Source: Lama guanicoe (taxonomy: Eukaryota). Taken from it: a DNA stretch of 49,563 bases. Under the pieces are notes generated by a model, which saw only the letters and a list, made by a program, of their open reading frames with translations, ran no database searches and had not been told where the DNA came from. The stretch lies in assembly GCA_013239625.1 (NCBI GenBank), contig MU054117.1, positions 3,100,011 through 3,149,573 on the forward strand. Direction: 5' to 3'. Both the position numbers and the translations under genes were made by a program. This document shows positions 24,343-35,990 of the stretch, one piece after another (positions within the stretch are counted from its first letter, which is position 1; the number at the start of each line of letters is the position of its first letter).

Positions 24343-24547
24343 CTGTCTTCTGTGATGATGGACGTGGCCTGACACCAGCAGAGGCCATCGCTCCTTCAGT
24401 CATCGTTCAAAGTCTGTCACCCACAGAACTGCTCGGTCCTTGGGGCCTAGGGCATCACCCAGCCGTCTTGACGTAGTGTAGACAGGATTGGTCAGGAGCG
24501 TGCTGGTGCAGCTCTGGAAAGGACCAGTGAGTGGCTTCCATTTCTTT

Positions 24548-25106
24548 CTTTCTTTCTTTTTTTTTGTGGGCTTTTAAAAATTTTTATTTTTCCTTTTTCA
24601 GCTTTATTAGGTAGAATTATTACAGTTCGACTGCACGTACAGATTCCTATAGTGTATGTAAATACATATACGCAGTATACTGCACATTTTTTTTAGTTTA
24701 CATTTATGTACTAAGAACAGATTAGATCTTTAGCTTTTTAAACTTACATAGTTCTCAAAGGAATAAAGCCAAGTGCAAAATAAGAATCTGCAGAATGTGG
24801 CAATCCAGTCATAAAGGACAGTCAGATGTGCTGACACAGATTCAAGAACTCAAACTAGTAACTAGGTCATTTGTGTCCTTATTATCACTGTCATTGTTCT
24901 GTAGATTCCTCATACAACTGATGTCACACGGCATTTTTCTTTCTCTTCCTGGTCCACTTGGAATGACAATCTTCAGGTCCATCCATAATGCTGCAGATGG
25001 TATTATTTAATTCTTTTTTATGGCCAAGTAGTATTCCATTGTGTATATATAGCACATCTTCTTATCCAGTCATCTGTTGATGGACATTTGGGTTGTTTCC
25101 ATGTCT
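24548..25106 (-). mobile_element. Chimeric retro-insertion: L1 ORF2-end segment fused to a non-L1 polyadenylated sequence, 16-bp TSD
   Basis: TSD TGGCTTCCATTTCTTT at 24532-24547 and 25107-25122. L1-like segment at about 24858-25110; non-L1 segment at about 24566-24857. Minus-strand AATAAA at 24583-24588 and 24603-24608; T-tail at 24548-24565. Confidence 0.8.
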
Positions 25107-25599
25107 TGGCTTCCATTTCTTTTAACTTCCCTCCATCCCCATTTCTGCTGCTCCTTCACTCCTCGGGGTGGCGTGCCCATCCAAGGACCAGTTTCAGTTC
25201 CCTACAGGTGAGTTCTAGCTCATCCCAGCGTCATCGTCTTCAACCACCTTCCCAGAAAAGCCCATGGTTCCCGTCCGCTGAGCTCTGGGGGGAAAGCTGT
25301 CCTCCCCGTGCCAGCTGCCAGTCTCAGCAGACCTTGTCCAAAGGTGCGGTGTTCCGCCCAGGGCCGTGGAGAGCTTGGTCCCACGTCCTGCCCTCCTGGG
25401 GACATTCACAGAGCTCTTGGTGTGCAGCTGGTGCTCAGGAGTGAGTCCCCAGGCAGGTAAACCTCCAATGGCTCAGTAACACTCCTTCAAACCATATTAA
25501 ACAGTGATAGAGGCTGAGGAGAAGGAGCAAAAAATAGTGACCCAGTATGAACTTGAGTACTTCTTCTATTCCCAGCCCATGCACAAAAAATACTTATTC

Positions 25600-26015
25600 T
25601 AAAAAAACCTAGTTTCCATCAACAGGAGACCAGTTATATAAACCACAGGATTATCACACAATGGAATATGAACAGTTATAAAAAGGATGAGGAAGTCGTA
25701 AAAATATATTGATATGGAAAGTGATCCAAGGTATGGTGTTCCGTGGAAAAAAAGTTTCAAATCGTGTACAAAGGGGGCTTCCTTTTTCGTTTGATGAGGG
25801 AGGGCCACAGTAGTGTATATTTACATGTGTTTGCATCTGCGTACAGAGACATGGAAAGGAGACACATGAAATTAATAACAGTGATTTCCCCGGGCAGGGC
25901 AGAGAGGCGGGAGGGGGCCGGGGTAGATGGTGAGATGGTGAGCTGAAATTTACCATCAGCTTTTTTATTGTTTTGATTTTGGACCATGTGAATTGCATTA
26001 CCTAATCCAAAAAAA
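25600..26015 (+). mobile_element. Old L1 (L1ME-like) 3' fragment
   Basis: CCATCAACAGGAG...ACAATGGAATAT...TTGATATGGAAAG...GGAAAGGAGACAC...ACCATGTGAATTGCATTACC. Confidence 0.75.
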
Positions 26016-26574
26016 TGTCGGGGGAGGAAAGGAAACGTCTTTTGCCTAATTTGATTAAAGAAAAGCACAAAAAGAAAAACCAGGATCAGAAGCTTTGGAT
26101 GGAACCACGCCTGTTTAAATTGCCTGGACTAACCCCAGGATTTACCAAGAACTTGAACATCTTAGGGAGGGGGTGAGGCCAAGACAATGCTTTATCAAGG
26201 TTTCCAAGAAGCTGAAGCCTTGCTGGTACCTCCAGGGAGAAGCAGGTGAAGCGGGCTGCCGCACCTGCAGGGCATGGCAGGCCATGCGGGTTCCCAGCGT
26301 GCGCCTCCATCCGGACTTAGGAATCTCACAGTCAGGTTTGTGGGAGTTTGGACCGACCCTCACGATTCCACGGGATCATTACTCCAGCCCAGATGTTCCT
26401 TGAGAGAGAGAAAGAGTTCCTTTCTCCAGCTGTATCCTCACTGAGAGCAAAAGCTGGCCGGTCTGAGGCTGAGCTCCGCGGGTCAGGGGGCTTGTGCCTT
26501 GAATACTAAACCTGGACGAGACGAAATCAGTCGTACTCATTCAATCAGCATTCCTTTCCTCCTTTTGGAAAACA

Positions 26575-26683
26575 ATATCCTAAGTTCCCTGAGAGCAGGG
26601 ACATGCACACCCCAACCCATGTCAGTTACTACTTGTTGAATGAATGAATGAATGAGTGAATGAAGAATGAATGAATGAACGAA
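26575..26683 (+). mobile_element. L2 3' end with (TGAA)n tail
   Basis: TAAGTTCCCTGAGAGCAGGGAC, then TTGTTGAATGAATGAATG...; (TGAA)n spans 26637-26683. Confidence 0.75.
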
Positions 26684-26807
26684 GGCCTCGTGGAAAACCT
26701 ACCAAGTACTTTATTTGCGAGTTGTGTGAAAAATTATTTGCAATTAAGTCTTCAGATTATTTTCTGAAGCAACAGTTTCCAGGTGATTTCTACCACTGGA
26801 ATCTTTG

Positions 26808-26821
26808 CCAGTAGAGGGCAG
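26808..26821 (+). promoter_or_regulatory. CTCF consensus site
   Basis: CCAGTAGAGGGCAG matches CCASYAGRKGGCRS at all 14 positions and lies in unique DNA. Confidence 0.65.
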
Positions 26822-26846
26822 TGGTGCCTTTGTCAATAAATATGTT

Positions 26847-26871
26847 TGTGTGCGCGCGCGCGTGCGCACGC
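26847..26871. repeat. Alternating purine-pyrimidine tract with (CG)5 (Z-DNA-prone)
   Basis: TGTGTGCGCGCGCGCGTGCGCACGC, 25 bp. Confidence 0.85.
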
Positions 26872-27069
26872 TCCAGCCCACACACTTCTCTACTCCTTCT
26901 CTCCAAAGTTAGCTTCTTCCCGCTGTTCCTGTCAAGACAGAACGACCGACCTGCCTTCGGTCAATGAGTACACGTCAATGATGGACAGTTAAGGTCATAG
27001 TCCCTGACCCACAAAACCCCCTTGGCTAGACTTGGCAAACCCACTGTGTGCTGGAATGAACTTGAATTC

Positions 27070-27370
27070 TACATTAATACCTTCTTAATAACATTCAGAA
27101 ACGGTGGGGATTGTTTCCCGGGGAAAGAAGATGCTGCCTCCTCCCTTCTTCCCCAGGGCCTCCGACCCCTCTTTATCTCCTGACAGGCACCATATCTAAT
27201 CACAGGAATGAGGGGCCGCCCAGCGAGACCTGGGCCTTTCCGGGTGGAGGCAGCAGGCGGTGACAAGCGCCGGGCCAGGGCTGCAGGCGGCTCAAATATT
27301 TCAGGGTACAAAGCAGCAGCTGTCAAGCACTTGCACATTCGGGAGAGAGAAGGAGTCAGACATAATTAAC
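27070..27370. promoter_or_regulatory. Candidate developmental enhancer (GATA/MEIS/TEAD/NKX/homeobox motif cluster)
   Basis: TTATCT 27173, TGACAG 27181, TAATC 27197, GGAATG 27205, CAGCTGTCA 27317, CACTTG 27328, TAATTA 27363; repeat-free. Confidence 0.4.
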
Positions 27371-28744
27371 CTGCTGGTTCTCCCGTGAGGACTCCTCCTC
27401 CCCTGGGGCCCCGGCCCTGCGCACTGCATGCAGATCAGCCTGGGAGGGTGTTCCCTGCATTCCTTTCCTCCGAAACTCTGGGAAAGAAGACTTACACTCC
27501 AGGGAGATAAACCCAACCAGTGCTCCCGTGACCCCAGGGAAGTCCTTCGCGCCTGACTTCTTCTGGACCTCAGTTAATCCGTCTGATCCGTGGGAGAACT
27601 GAATGCACCAACTCTTCACTTCCAAACCCAACAACATGCGTGCAAGGCCCGGACTGAGCGCCTCCCTAGAAACTGACGAGCCACGTGGCACCCACCCAGC
27701 TGAACGCAAACGGTGACCCCTGGGACAAAACTAACTCCAGAAAGTCAGGGGTATCTAAAGTCAGGTCAGGCCTAGAGGATGGACTAGAATCCATCCAAGG
27801 GCACGAAGGAGGTGTCAGAAAGGAAAGGGGGAACATTGCAAGTATCCAAATAACAATCATCCTTCTCAGTTGTGTAACGACTTACAACGTGTCTCCGTGC
27901 CCGGCCCCTCGCTACAAACCTCTGACCGGATTGTCGCATCGACCAGAGCAGAGACGGCCCCACTTTAAAGGTGAACTTGGAGCCAGCACAGGGTGAGCAA
28001 GCTCCCCAGGGTCCTCCTGTCTGCTCATGTCAGAGCCAGCCCTCCTGTACCAAGCTGGGTTCCCGGGTTTCAGAGCGAGAAGGCGGAAAGCTCAGGTTGG
28101 GGGATTCGGGCAAGGTCTTAGCGGGTGGGAGGCCCCCACAGGTACCCCAATCCACCCCAAATATTATGGGTGGGAGCATGCTCACCGGCTGTAAGTTTGT
28201 GCTGTCACAGAGCTGAAATGAAGAGGACGCAGAGAAGGAAGACGCAGAAAAGATCAGTCCTGATCTTCAGAAGCACAGGCTGAAGGCTGTTTGGTTCTTA
28301 GGGGCTTGGTCCACTCTACTCAGACTTCACAAAAACCTGAAACCCTATGTGTGCAGAGCCTGAACGCAGCTTCCTAAGGGGCTGGAGAGCAAAAAATGAG
28401 CATCTGTCATCTGCCATCCTCCTCCCTCCAGCAGTGAAGACCCACCTCCTCTCTCCCTGGCGCTGAGTTACCTTCACCGACAGCCGCTCCTGGGAGCCTG
28501 CAGGATCACGGCTAGAAGTGCTGGTTTCTCTGTGACCCGGCAGAGCTGGAGGGGGACGCATGGCCGGGGCGGGAAGCCATTGTAAACGTAGGTGGAGTCC
28601 ACGCCCCAAATTGTGGGCGACTGGTGCCCACCTCTGTCCTAAAGCTTCTCTAGAAACACCAGAGGGCATAGTTAACTGGGTGTATCACTGCTCCCAGGTA
28701 GGAGATCACTGAAAATGACCGTGACAATTGCTGTCACAATTATG

Positions 28745-28950
28745 CCTCAGTGCAGTTACCACGTCTCTGAGCTAAGAGTCACCACACACGTGTTCCCTCA
28801 CTCGATCCCCTCAAACCTGGGGCACCCACGAGGCAGGGGTTATTGCTGTTCTTTTACACACGAGGAAACTGAGGCCCAGAGAACTGAAATGATCTGGCCA
28901 AGGCTACGCAGCTGGTACGCCACTGGGCTGAACGCAAACTTCTGACTCCG
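28745..28950 (-). mobile_element. MIR SINE
   Basis: TTTTACACACGAGGAAACTGAGGCCCAGAGA...GGCCAAGGCTACGCAGCTGGTA...TCTGACTCC. Confidence 0.85.
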
Positions 28951-29243
28951 TCGAGACCCAGTTGTCATTCCAGGCGAGTCATGCTGGGATGAGGAAGAGG
29001 GAGACCAGCAGCCTGGGCCCCCAGCCCTTTCTGAGGGCCTTGCTGGGCGCAGCTCCAGGTGACAGCAGTGCGGGGCTCCCTGTGCACAGGCCGGGCCACC
29101 ATCAGGGGCTCCCCGTGACTTTGGGAAGCTTGAGTGGCTCCTCTGTCCTGGACGGAGCAGGAAGAAGCGGGATGGGATGAAAGGGTGGGCATGGGGTGCA
29201 GAGGGGAATGAGAGAAAAAGCAATGGGCTGAGAATCCGTGGCA

Positions 29244-30606
29244 TTTTGTTTAATTGAAGTATAATTGACACACAGTATCACATTCATTTCAGGTGTGCAC
29301 ACAGTGATTCAGTACTTTTACACATTATAAAATGATCACCCCGATCAGTCTAGTTACCACCTGCCACCGTACAGAGTTCCTACAACATGACTAGCTCTGT
29401 GTCCTCGCCGCACATTTCATCTCGGTGACTTATTTAAATTTTATAACTGGGACTTTGCACCTCATAATCCCCTTCACCTATTTCGTCCGTCCCCCGCCCC
29501 TTCCCTCTGGCAGCCACCCACTTGTTCTCCATCTGTTTCTGTTCTGTTGTGTTTGTTTGTTTTGTTTTTTAGATTCCACATGTAAGGAAATCACGTGGTA
29601 TTTGTCTCTCTCCAACTTACGACTTATTTCACTTAGTATGACGCCCTCTAGGGCCAACCATTCTTTTTTATGGTTGAGTAATATTCCATTGCACAATTAT
29701 ATACCACATCTTTTCATCCATTCATCTATGGATGGGCACTTTGGTAGCTTCCATGTTTTGGCTGTTGTCAATAAGGCTGCAGTGCAAAAATAATAATAAT
29801 CCTGGAGGGAACAAAGGGGTGCATATATCTTTTTGAATTCATGTTTTCATTTTCTTTGGATAAATGCTCAGAAATGCAATTGCTGGATCATACAATAATT
29901 CTACTTGTACTTTTGTTTGTTTTGGGGGGAAGGAAGGTAATTAGGGTTTTTTAATCTTTCATTTTTAGTGGCGGTACTGGGAGTTGAACCCCGGCCCTTG
30001 TGCATGCTAGGCACACACTCTACCGCTGAGCTAGACCCTCCCCTCTACTTGTAACTTTTTTGAGGAACCACCGAACTGTTTTCTGTAGCAGCTGCGCTAA
30101 TCTACATTCCCACCAACAGTGCCGTAGGGCCCCCTTTTCTCCACGTCCCCACCAGCTCTTGTAATTTCTTGTGCTCTTGGTAAGAGCCGTTCTGACAGGT
30201 GCGAGGTGACCTCTCCTGTGGTTTGGATTTGCATTTCCCCGATGATTGGTGACCTTGAGCATCTTCTCATGTGCCTGTTGGCCTCCTGGGTATCTTCTTT
30301 GGAAAAATATCCGTTCAGATCCTCTGCCTGTTTTGTGATCAGACTGCTTATTGGCTATTGAGTCAACTCGGGTCTTTATATATTTTGGGTGTGAGTCCCT
30401 CATTGGTGTCCTGTTTGCACATGTCTTCTCCCATTCAGTAGACTGGCTTTTGCTTGTTAATGGCTTCCTTTGCTGTGCGGAAGATTTTTGCTTGTTTCTG
30501 TTCGCTGCCCTTGCCTGAGGAGACAAATTAAAACAGAATACTGCTCAGACTGCTGTCAGAAGCGCATTGCCTGTGATTCTTCTAGGAGTTTCATGGTTTC
30601 AGGTCT
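29244..30606 (-). mobile_element. LINE-1 fragment (ORF2 3' part + 3'UTR), interrupted by a SINE
   Basis: TTAATTGAAGTATAATTGACA terminus; translation LEGVILSEIS...KYHVISLHVES; CATTCCCACCAACAGT, TTTGCATTTCCC, TTCTTCTAGGAGTTTCATGGTTTCAGGTCT. Confidence 0.93.
29910..30043 (-). mobile_element. tRNA-Ala-derived camelid SINE (Vic-1-like) nested in L1
   Basis: TSD TCTACTTGTA at 29900-29909 and 30044-30053; reverse strand reads AGCTCAGCGGTAGAG...GGTTCAACTCC. Confidence 0.92.
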
Positions 30607-30607
30607 A

Positions 30608-30758
30608 GGAGTCCGTGGAGTTTAGTCCCAACTGCGCGTCCAGCTGCGGTCGGGGAAAGTCACCTCATCTCTCTGAGTCTCAGCCCCACCCTGCGGAGAA
30701 TACGGTGCTGGAACAAATGATTTTAAAGTCCCTTCTGGCTCTAAAATGTTAGGATTAA
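30608..30758 (+). mobile_element. MIR3-like SINE
   Basis: AAGTCACCTCATCTCTCTGAGTCTCAG...AAAGTCCCTTCTGGCTCTAAAATG. Confidence 0.7.
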
Positions 30759-30773
30759 ATATCCACCTGTGTC

Positions 30774-30795
30774 CACACACACACACACACACACA
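30774..30795 (+). repeat. (CA)11 microsatellite
   Basis: Perfect dinucleotide run. Confidence 0.95.
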
Positions 30796-32489
30796 AACCA
30801 TTGTACCAGGTGATGAATGTTAACACTAATTCTTTCAGTAGCTATGGATTTCCTGTTCTATGCAAAGCAATTCGAGTGCTCAGTAATGATTTAAAGATGA
30901 ACATACGCCAGGTGCACATTTAAATGTCAAAGCATAACCGAACTGCGTGTGCCGAGACAAGGGCTGGAAGCTCGGGGTAGGTCATCGGTGACGCGGGCTG
31001 GCGGGCAACCCGAGTCCCCCGCCCCGCTTCACCGCTAGCTGCTAGAAAGCTGAGAGAGCGTGTCCTGCTGTCTACGAGCTAAACCAGGTATCTGGAGGCA
31101 GATGAAAACACAGCGACACCACAAGCATAGGCTCAGTGAACTATTTCACACGCCAAACTCCCCAGCAAGAGCCGAAATGGCCCTTAAGACACAAACCATC
31201 CATGTCCTATGGACTTGCCCTGTGCCAGCAGAGAGAAGTGACTGCAGATGGGAAAAGGTTAATAGGGAGACAGGATGCTGTGAGCACTGGCGGGGGACAT
31301 CTCTCCTGCCCCTTCTGCCTAGTGCCACCACGGAATGAAACCTCCTGCTTTCCAGTTGCATCTGGCCTTCTAGTCCCACCGCGCAGCCAGGCAGGAGAGG
31401 GCCAGGCCTCCTAAGACACAGAGAGGCTGAGCCGCTTGCCCAGGCCCACACAGGACATCCGTCGCCGGGCTCTGGCGCAGGCCTGGAAGTCACACGTCCC
31501 AGGCTTTGCTTCTAGCCAGACACTTGTGTTTTGCCCCACGTTTGTTGAGTGGTAGACACATTTCAGTGGAAACAGGGGCCTGGCTTCTCTGAGGCTCATC
31601 TGCTGCTTTGAAATATATTCATCTGGACACGGGGCCCCGCCTCGGCAGACGGCTCCCCTCCTCCAGCCAGGAGGCCGAGGTGCCCACGTCCCGGTCTCCG
31701 CGGCAATGGACTGTGCAACAGCCGTGCCTCGGGGTGGGTAGCGGGTGACCCCAGCAGGCGAAGTGGGCCGAACCAACTTCCTGCTTCCAGGCAAAGGTCT
31801 AAAGGAGGAAGCGCACAGAGCTCCCTCGCTCCCCGCCCCAGACCCACTCTCCTCCGGAGCAGCGAACGCCTCGCACTTTGTGGGCTGGTTGTTTTCTGTC
31901 CATCATTCTTGCAAAGGGAGGCAAAGGCACTTCAGCTTTCCTTGCTGATCACGGTCCCGTTTTCCCATCCCTCTGCCTCCGCCTGACTCCATAAACTGCA
32001 GACAGAGAAGGACCTGCAGCTCCCCTGAGCACAGCCACACCTGAGCAGGGACCCAGGTATTTAGGTGCATGCCCTGGACATGAGGGCGATGGACCAGTGT
32101 GCTCTGTGCTGAGCCATCTTCAAAAGAAGATGTCTCACTGAGAAACCAAGGGCTGACCTGGCCTTCCCTCCTCCGTCAGCTTTGGGCATAACAACAGCCC
32201 CCAAGCCACCTGCATCGCATACAGAAAACACTTGTTGCCTGCAGCAAACCTCTGCTGTAACCATCGTCCTGGGAGGGGCTGGCTAGTCATCACACTGCAA
32301 GGAAGAGGACACCTTGACAGTGGTCTCGAGAAAGGGGGACCCAAGAGAAGGCATTCTCTGTCCCCGCCAGTCCTGTGTGTCCAAATCCGACCCTTCCTGC
32401 AAGACCACAGACAAAGCCCCTTCCTCCACACCTGGCAGGGGCCTCTGCTAGCCCCGCCCAGCCACAGCACCTGCTCCAGCCCCCGCCCA

Positions 32490-32650
32490 GGTGGGTATCA
32501 CTCCCTCTCATGTCCACGGGAAGGCTGCGTCTCACCTTCCCCACTGGACGCCATAAGCTGCGTAAGGACAGGATCTGTGTCTGGTCTTTGTGTCCTGTTT
32601 GGCCTTGACCTCAGTAACTGCTTAATAAACCAGAGTAAACGAATAGAGGA
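32490..32650 (+). mobile_element. L2 3' fragment
   Basis: CCCACTGGAC...ATAAGCTGCGTAAGGACAGGATCTGTGTCT...TGCTTAATAAAC. Confidence 0.6.
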
Positions 32651-33095
32651 CTGGGTATGACTTCACCACCTGGACCGTTTCCACCCGCCTTCTCCCTTCA
32701 CTCTTAACAGCTCTTCTCCCTGCCCACCACAAAAAGGTGCTACTTCACACCCAGCTGAGGGCGTAGGGGCCCAAGGCTCCCCTCCCCTCAGTCTTCCAAA
32801 TCCTAAGCACACCCTGGAGGTTAATGGTACCCAAACAGTTCCTCTGGGACAGTGGCTTTCCCCCAAAGGCATTTCTTTTTATTTTTTGAGCAGGTAAAAC
32901 AGAGATCCTTTTTCGAGCTCTTTGCTTAGGATTCTAGGATCAATCAGTCCTTGAGCTGCAGGCAAGAGACCTCCTCTTTCAAGATGACTAGAACCTTTCT
33001 TTTGCGCAGTTTAACATGTAACCTTTCCTAATCCAGCAGCTCTCTAGAACGGGCTACTCCTTCCACTTGTACCATGGACTGTCTTCTTGGAACAA

Positions 33096-33557
33096 TTCGT
33101 TTTAGCTCTAGCTGCAAGTGACAGGAACTCACAATAGTACTGGCTTAAACAAGGTGGAAAGTTATTTCTCCCTCTGATAGAAGAAGTCTGGAGGAGGTAG
33201 TGCAGGGGTGCCAGGGGAGCTTCCTAAGGCCATGAGGGACTCTGGATCCTTCTGTGTATTATGCTATTCTCAGAGCTTGGCTCCTACCTCATGGCTCAGA
33301 ATGACTGCTGAGCTCCAGCTCTCACACCAGCAGCCCACCAGCAGAAACAAGGAAGCAGTGAAGAGGGACATACTCCTTCCCTTTTAAGACACTTCCTGGA
33401 ACTTTCCACAACACTTCCCCTAAACTCTACTGGCCACAAGGGAAGTTGATAAATGTCATCTTTATTCTGCTTAGGATACAGATCCTAATTTTTAAGATCG
33501 TGTTTCTGTGGAAGAAGAGGTAATAGCTACTGAGAACAACTAGCAGACTCGGCCTCA
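33096..33557 (-). mobile_element. LTR33-like ERVL solo LTR
   Basis: GGCTTAAACAAG...TTATTTCTC...GACTGCTGAGCTCCAGC...TTTAAGACACTTCC...ACAACTAGCAGACTCGGCCTCA follows the reverse of LTR33 as I recall it. Confidence 0.85.
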
Positions 33558-35789
33558 CTTTCTGTCCTGAATAATTTCGTTTTCGAGTGACCAGTTTTCT
33601 CATTCCTCAGTGGTCAGGGTTGGCAGAATCTCTATGCCCACCTTTGTTTTTCATAAACCAGGAGTTTAAATGGGGGGTAGGGGAACCCAAGGTATAGCAG
33701 GTTAGGTGATTGTCTCAAGACACACAGCAAACTAAAGCCAAGACAGGAGGGACACATGGCGGTCCTGACCACCCCCGCCCTGTCCCACGAGAGTCACGGC
33801 TTCAGGAGGCTCAGCTGGGTCTGAGTCAGGAGCGGAGGCTATCACTGCCCAAAGCCCTGGGTGCCGATGGATGCCAGGATCCAGAGGGGTGTGGGAGTCC
33901 TGGCCATGAGTAACCTTGGGAGGCTGTCGATAAGAAATCTGTGTCCGGTGGCGCCGGGACCCAGTTGCCCATGGACTGAAGCTACCCGTCCCGTCCCCCC
34001 CCAGGGCACCACCCACCTCCCAGCTCCTGCACCAGCTGTGGCATCTCCTACCACCTGGCAGGTGGCCTGTGACCACAAGAGGCAAACCTCCCACCTGCAC
34101 CCATCTCGGGGGCCCTGAGTTTCCAGGCGGACGCATCCCTGCCTGGGCTAGTGGCTACGTGCAGACTTTCCTGTTATCTTCCTGAATCTGGCCCAGCCCC
34201 TCCAGCGCTGCGGCTGCCTACCTGAGCGGGACTTGCCCTCCCACTGATGTTGTCTCCTCCGCGGGGCCTCAGGAAAGGTATTTGGGCTGGCGGTTTGCCT
34301 GCCTCCTCTCCCCAGGTGCCGGGCCCTCTGAACGTCCCACAGTCAATGGGGGCGACGACTCCAGTTTGGAAACACCTTGTCCACATCGGCTTGTCGTATC
34401 CTGGGGAGGTGGAGGTGGGCCAAGTACGGGACATTCCCGGGCTGGAAGGCTGGGTGCCTGGGTTCCATTCAGGGTTAACTGGACCCACAAGGGAAGAAAG
34501 AAGCTGTCCTGCCTAAGGTGTTATTGGGGGGAGCAGGGGGCGCCCGTTCATGTGGGGAAATAGAAGTTCTCCAGGTGTCTATGCTTCCGAAATGCTGTCT
34601 CCCTGCCGTGGACGGGACGACCACCTCCTGACGGCAGACAAGTTATTCCCACTCCCCTTTCGCAGATGAGGACACTGAGGTCCAGCCACTAGGATGGGGT
34701 GTCATTTCCCATGCCATCTGCACTTTCTTGCACAGATGGCAGACCCTTTCTAAAGGGGTGCTGGAGCACTCTCCAGGCCAGCCCTCCTGCTAGATCTGCA
34801 GCGGTGAATGAATTCTCCACTTTTTTGTTTTGTTCTGTTTTGTTTTTGAAAAGCTCACTGTCAGAGAGTTAACTCTTAAGGACAGTTAAGCTAAGCTTCT
34901 TTATTATCAAACTGGGTTCCCTTCCACCTCTTCCTCCTCTTCCTGCCCTCTCCCTTCCCTTTCCTCCTCCTCCTCCTTCCTCATAACAATATTGCCTTTT
35001 AAAGAATGAAGTCCTCACCTCTTGTCCTCTGACCCCTGCCCGTGTCCTCTCTTCACTCTGCTTTCCACAAGCAGCACCGCTGGTAGTTTGGGGCGCACCC
35101 TCCTGGCCCCACAGGGACAGGCAGGGTCCTCTTTTCCCAACGAGAAGACAGGCCTGGAGGACGAGGCAGGTGGAAGGGCTCCGTCTTCCACCAGACCCAG
35201 GCGGTCTCCCACTTCCTTCCTCTCCTCAGAGAATCCTCCAAGGACAGGTCCACTGCATCTTCCCCAGCATCCTGCCTCAGTATCTCCACACGCCAAATCC
35301 AGGGGGCCTGAGGGAGGCCACCCCATCAGGGAGAGGAAGTGGGCATTGGCCCAGTGGCTGGGGTGGAGAACCTCAGAGGCCTGAGCTCCTGCAGAGAACC
35401 ACCCACGGAATGTTCCCAACCTGCCTGGACGTCATCCAGGCTGGAGGACAGCCGCGTGACCCTCTTCCCGACACAGGCAAAATCAGACGCGGAGATCTGT
35501 GCGAGGACATCCCGGCTCCCGCCCGGCCCAGGACCTCGCCGGGGCTCCGCAGAGAAGCCGCCTGCTCTGTGACATGCCTTGACCCAGTCTCTCTTTTGAT
35601 TTTAGGAAAATGAGATACAACGGATGGATTGTGAGTAGTGACCATTAGGGTGCCTGAGTTCTGCTCCTCGTATGCAGAATTTCATTAAGAATTTTCCATG
35701 TCTTGTCTCCATATGAAAGACGAATGAGATTTCTAAGTTTAGAAGATGCGCGCTTTGGAAGGAAGGAGCTCAGCATCAAATAGCAGCCG

Positions 35790-35990
35790 GCGATGGAAAG
35801 ACTGGGCTTCCAGTCCTGGCTCTTGTCTCACCAACTGTGCTCTTTGGGCAGGTTGTGTTTTTTGTTTGTTTGTTTTAAGCATCTCCAGTTCCTTACTGAT
35901 CTACTTGAAAGTAATTAAACTGATCTGAGGGTTAAATGCGGTAACGCTCATAAAAGGAGCTAGCTTGAGACCTGGCACATGATGGCCTCT
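35790..35990 (+). mobile_element. MIR SINE
   Basis: CTGGGCTTCCAGTCCTGGCTCT...TTGGGCAGGTT...TGAGGGTTAAATG...CCTGGCACAT. Confidence 0.7.

Noticed and set aside
30979..30994. Estrogen-response-element-like AGGTCA-TCGG-TGACGC
   Set aside because: The spacer is 4 nt rather than 3 and the second half-site is imperfect.
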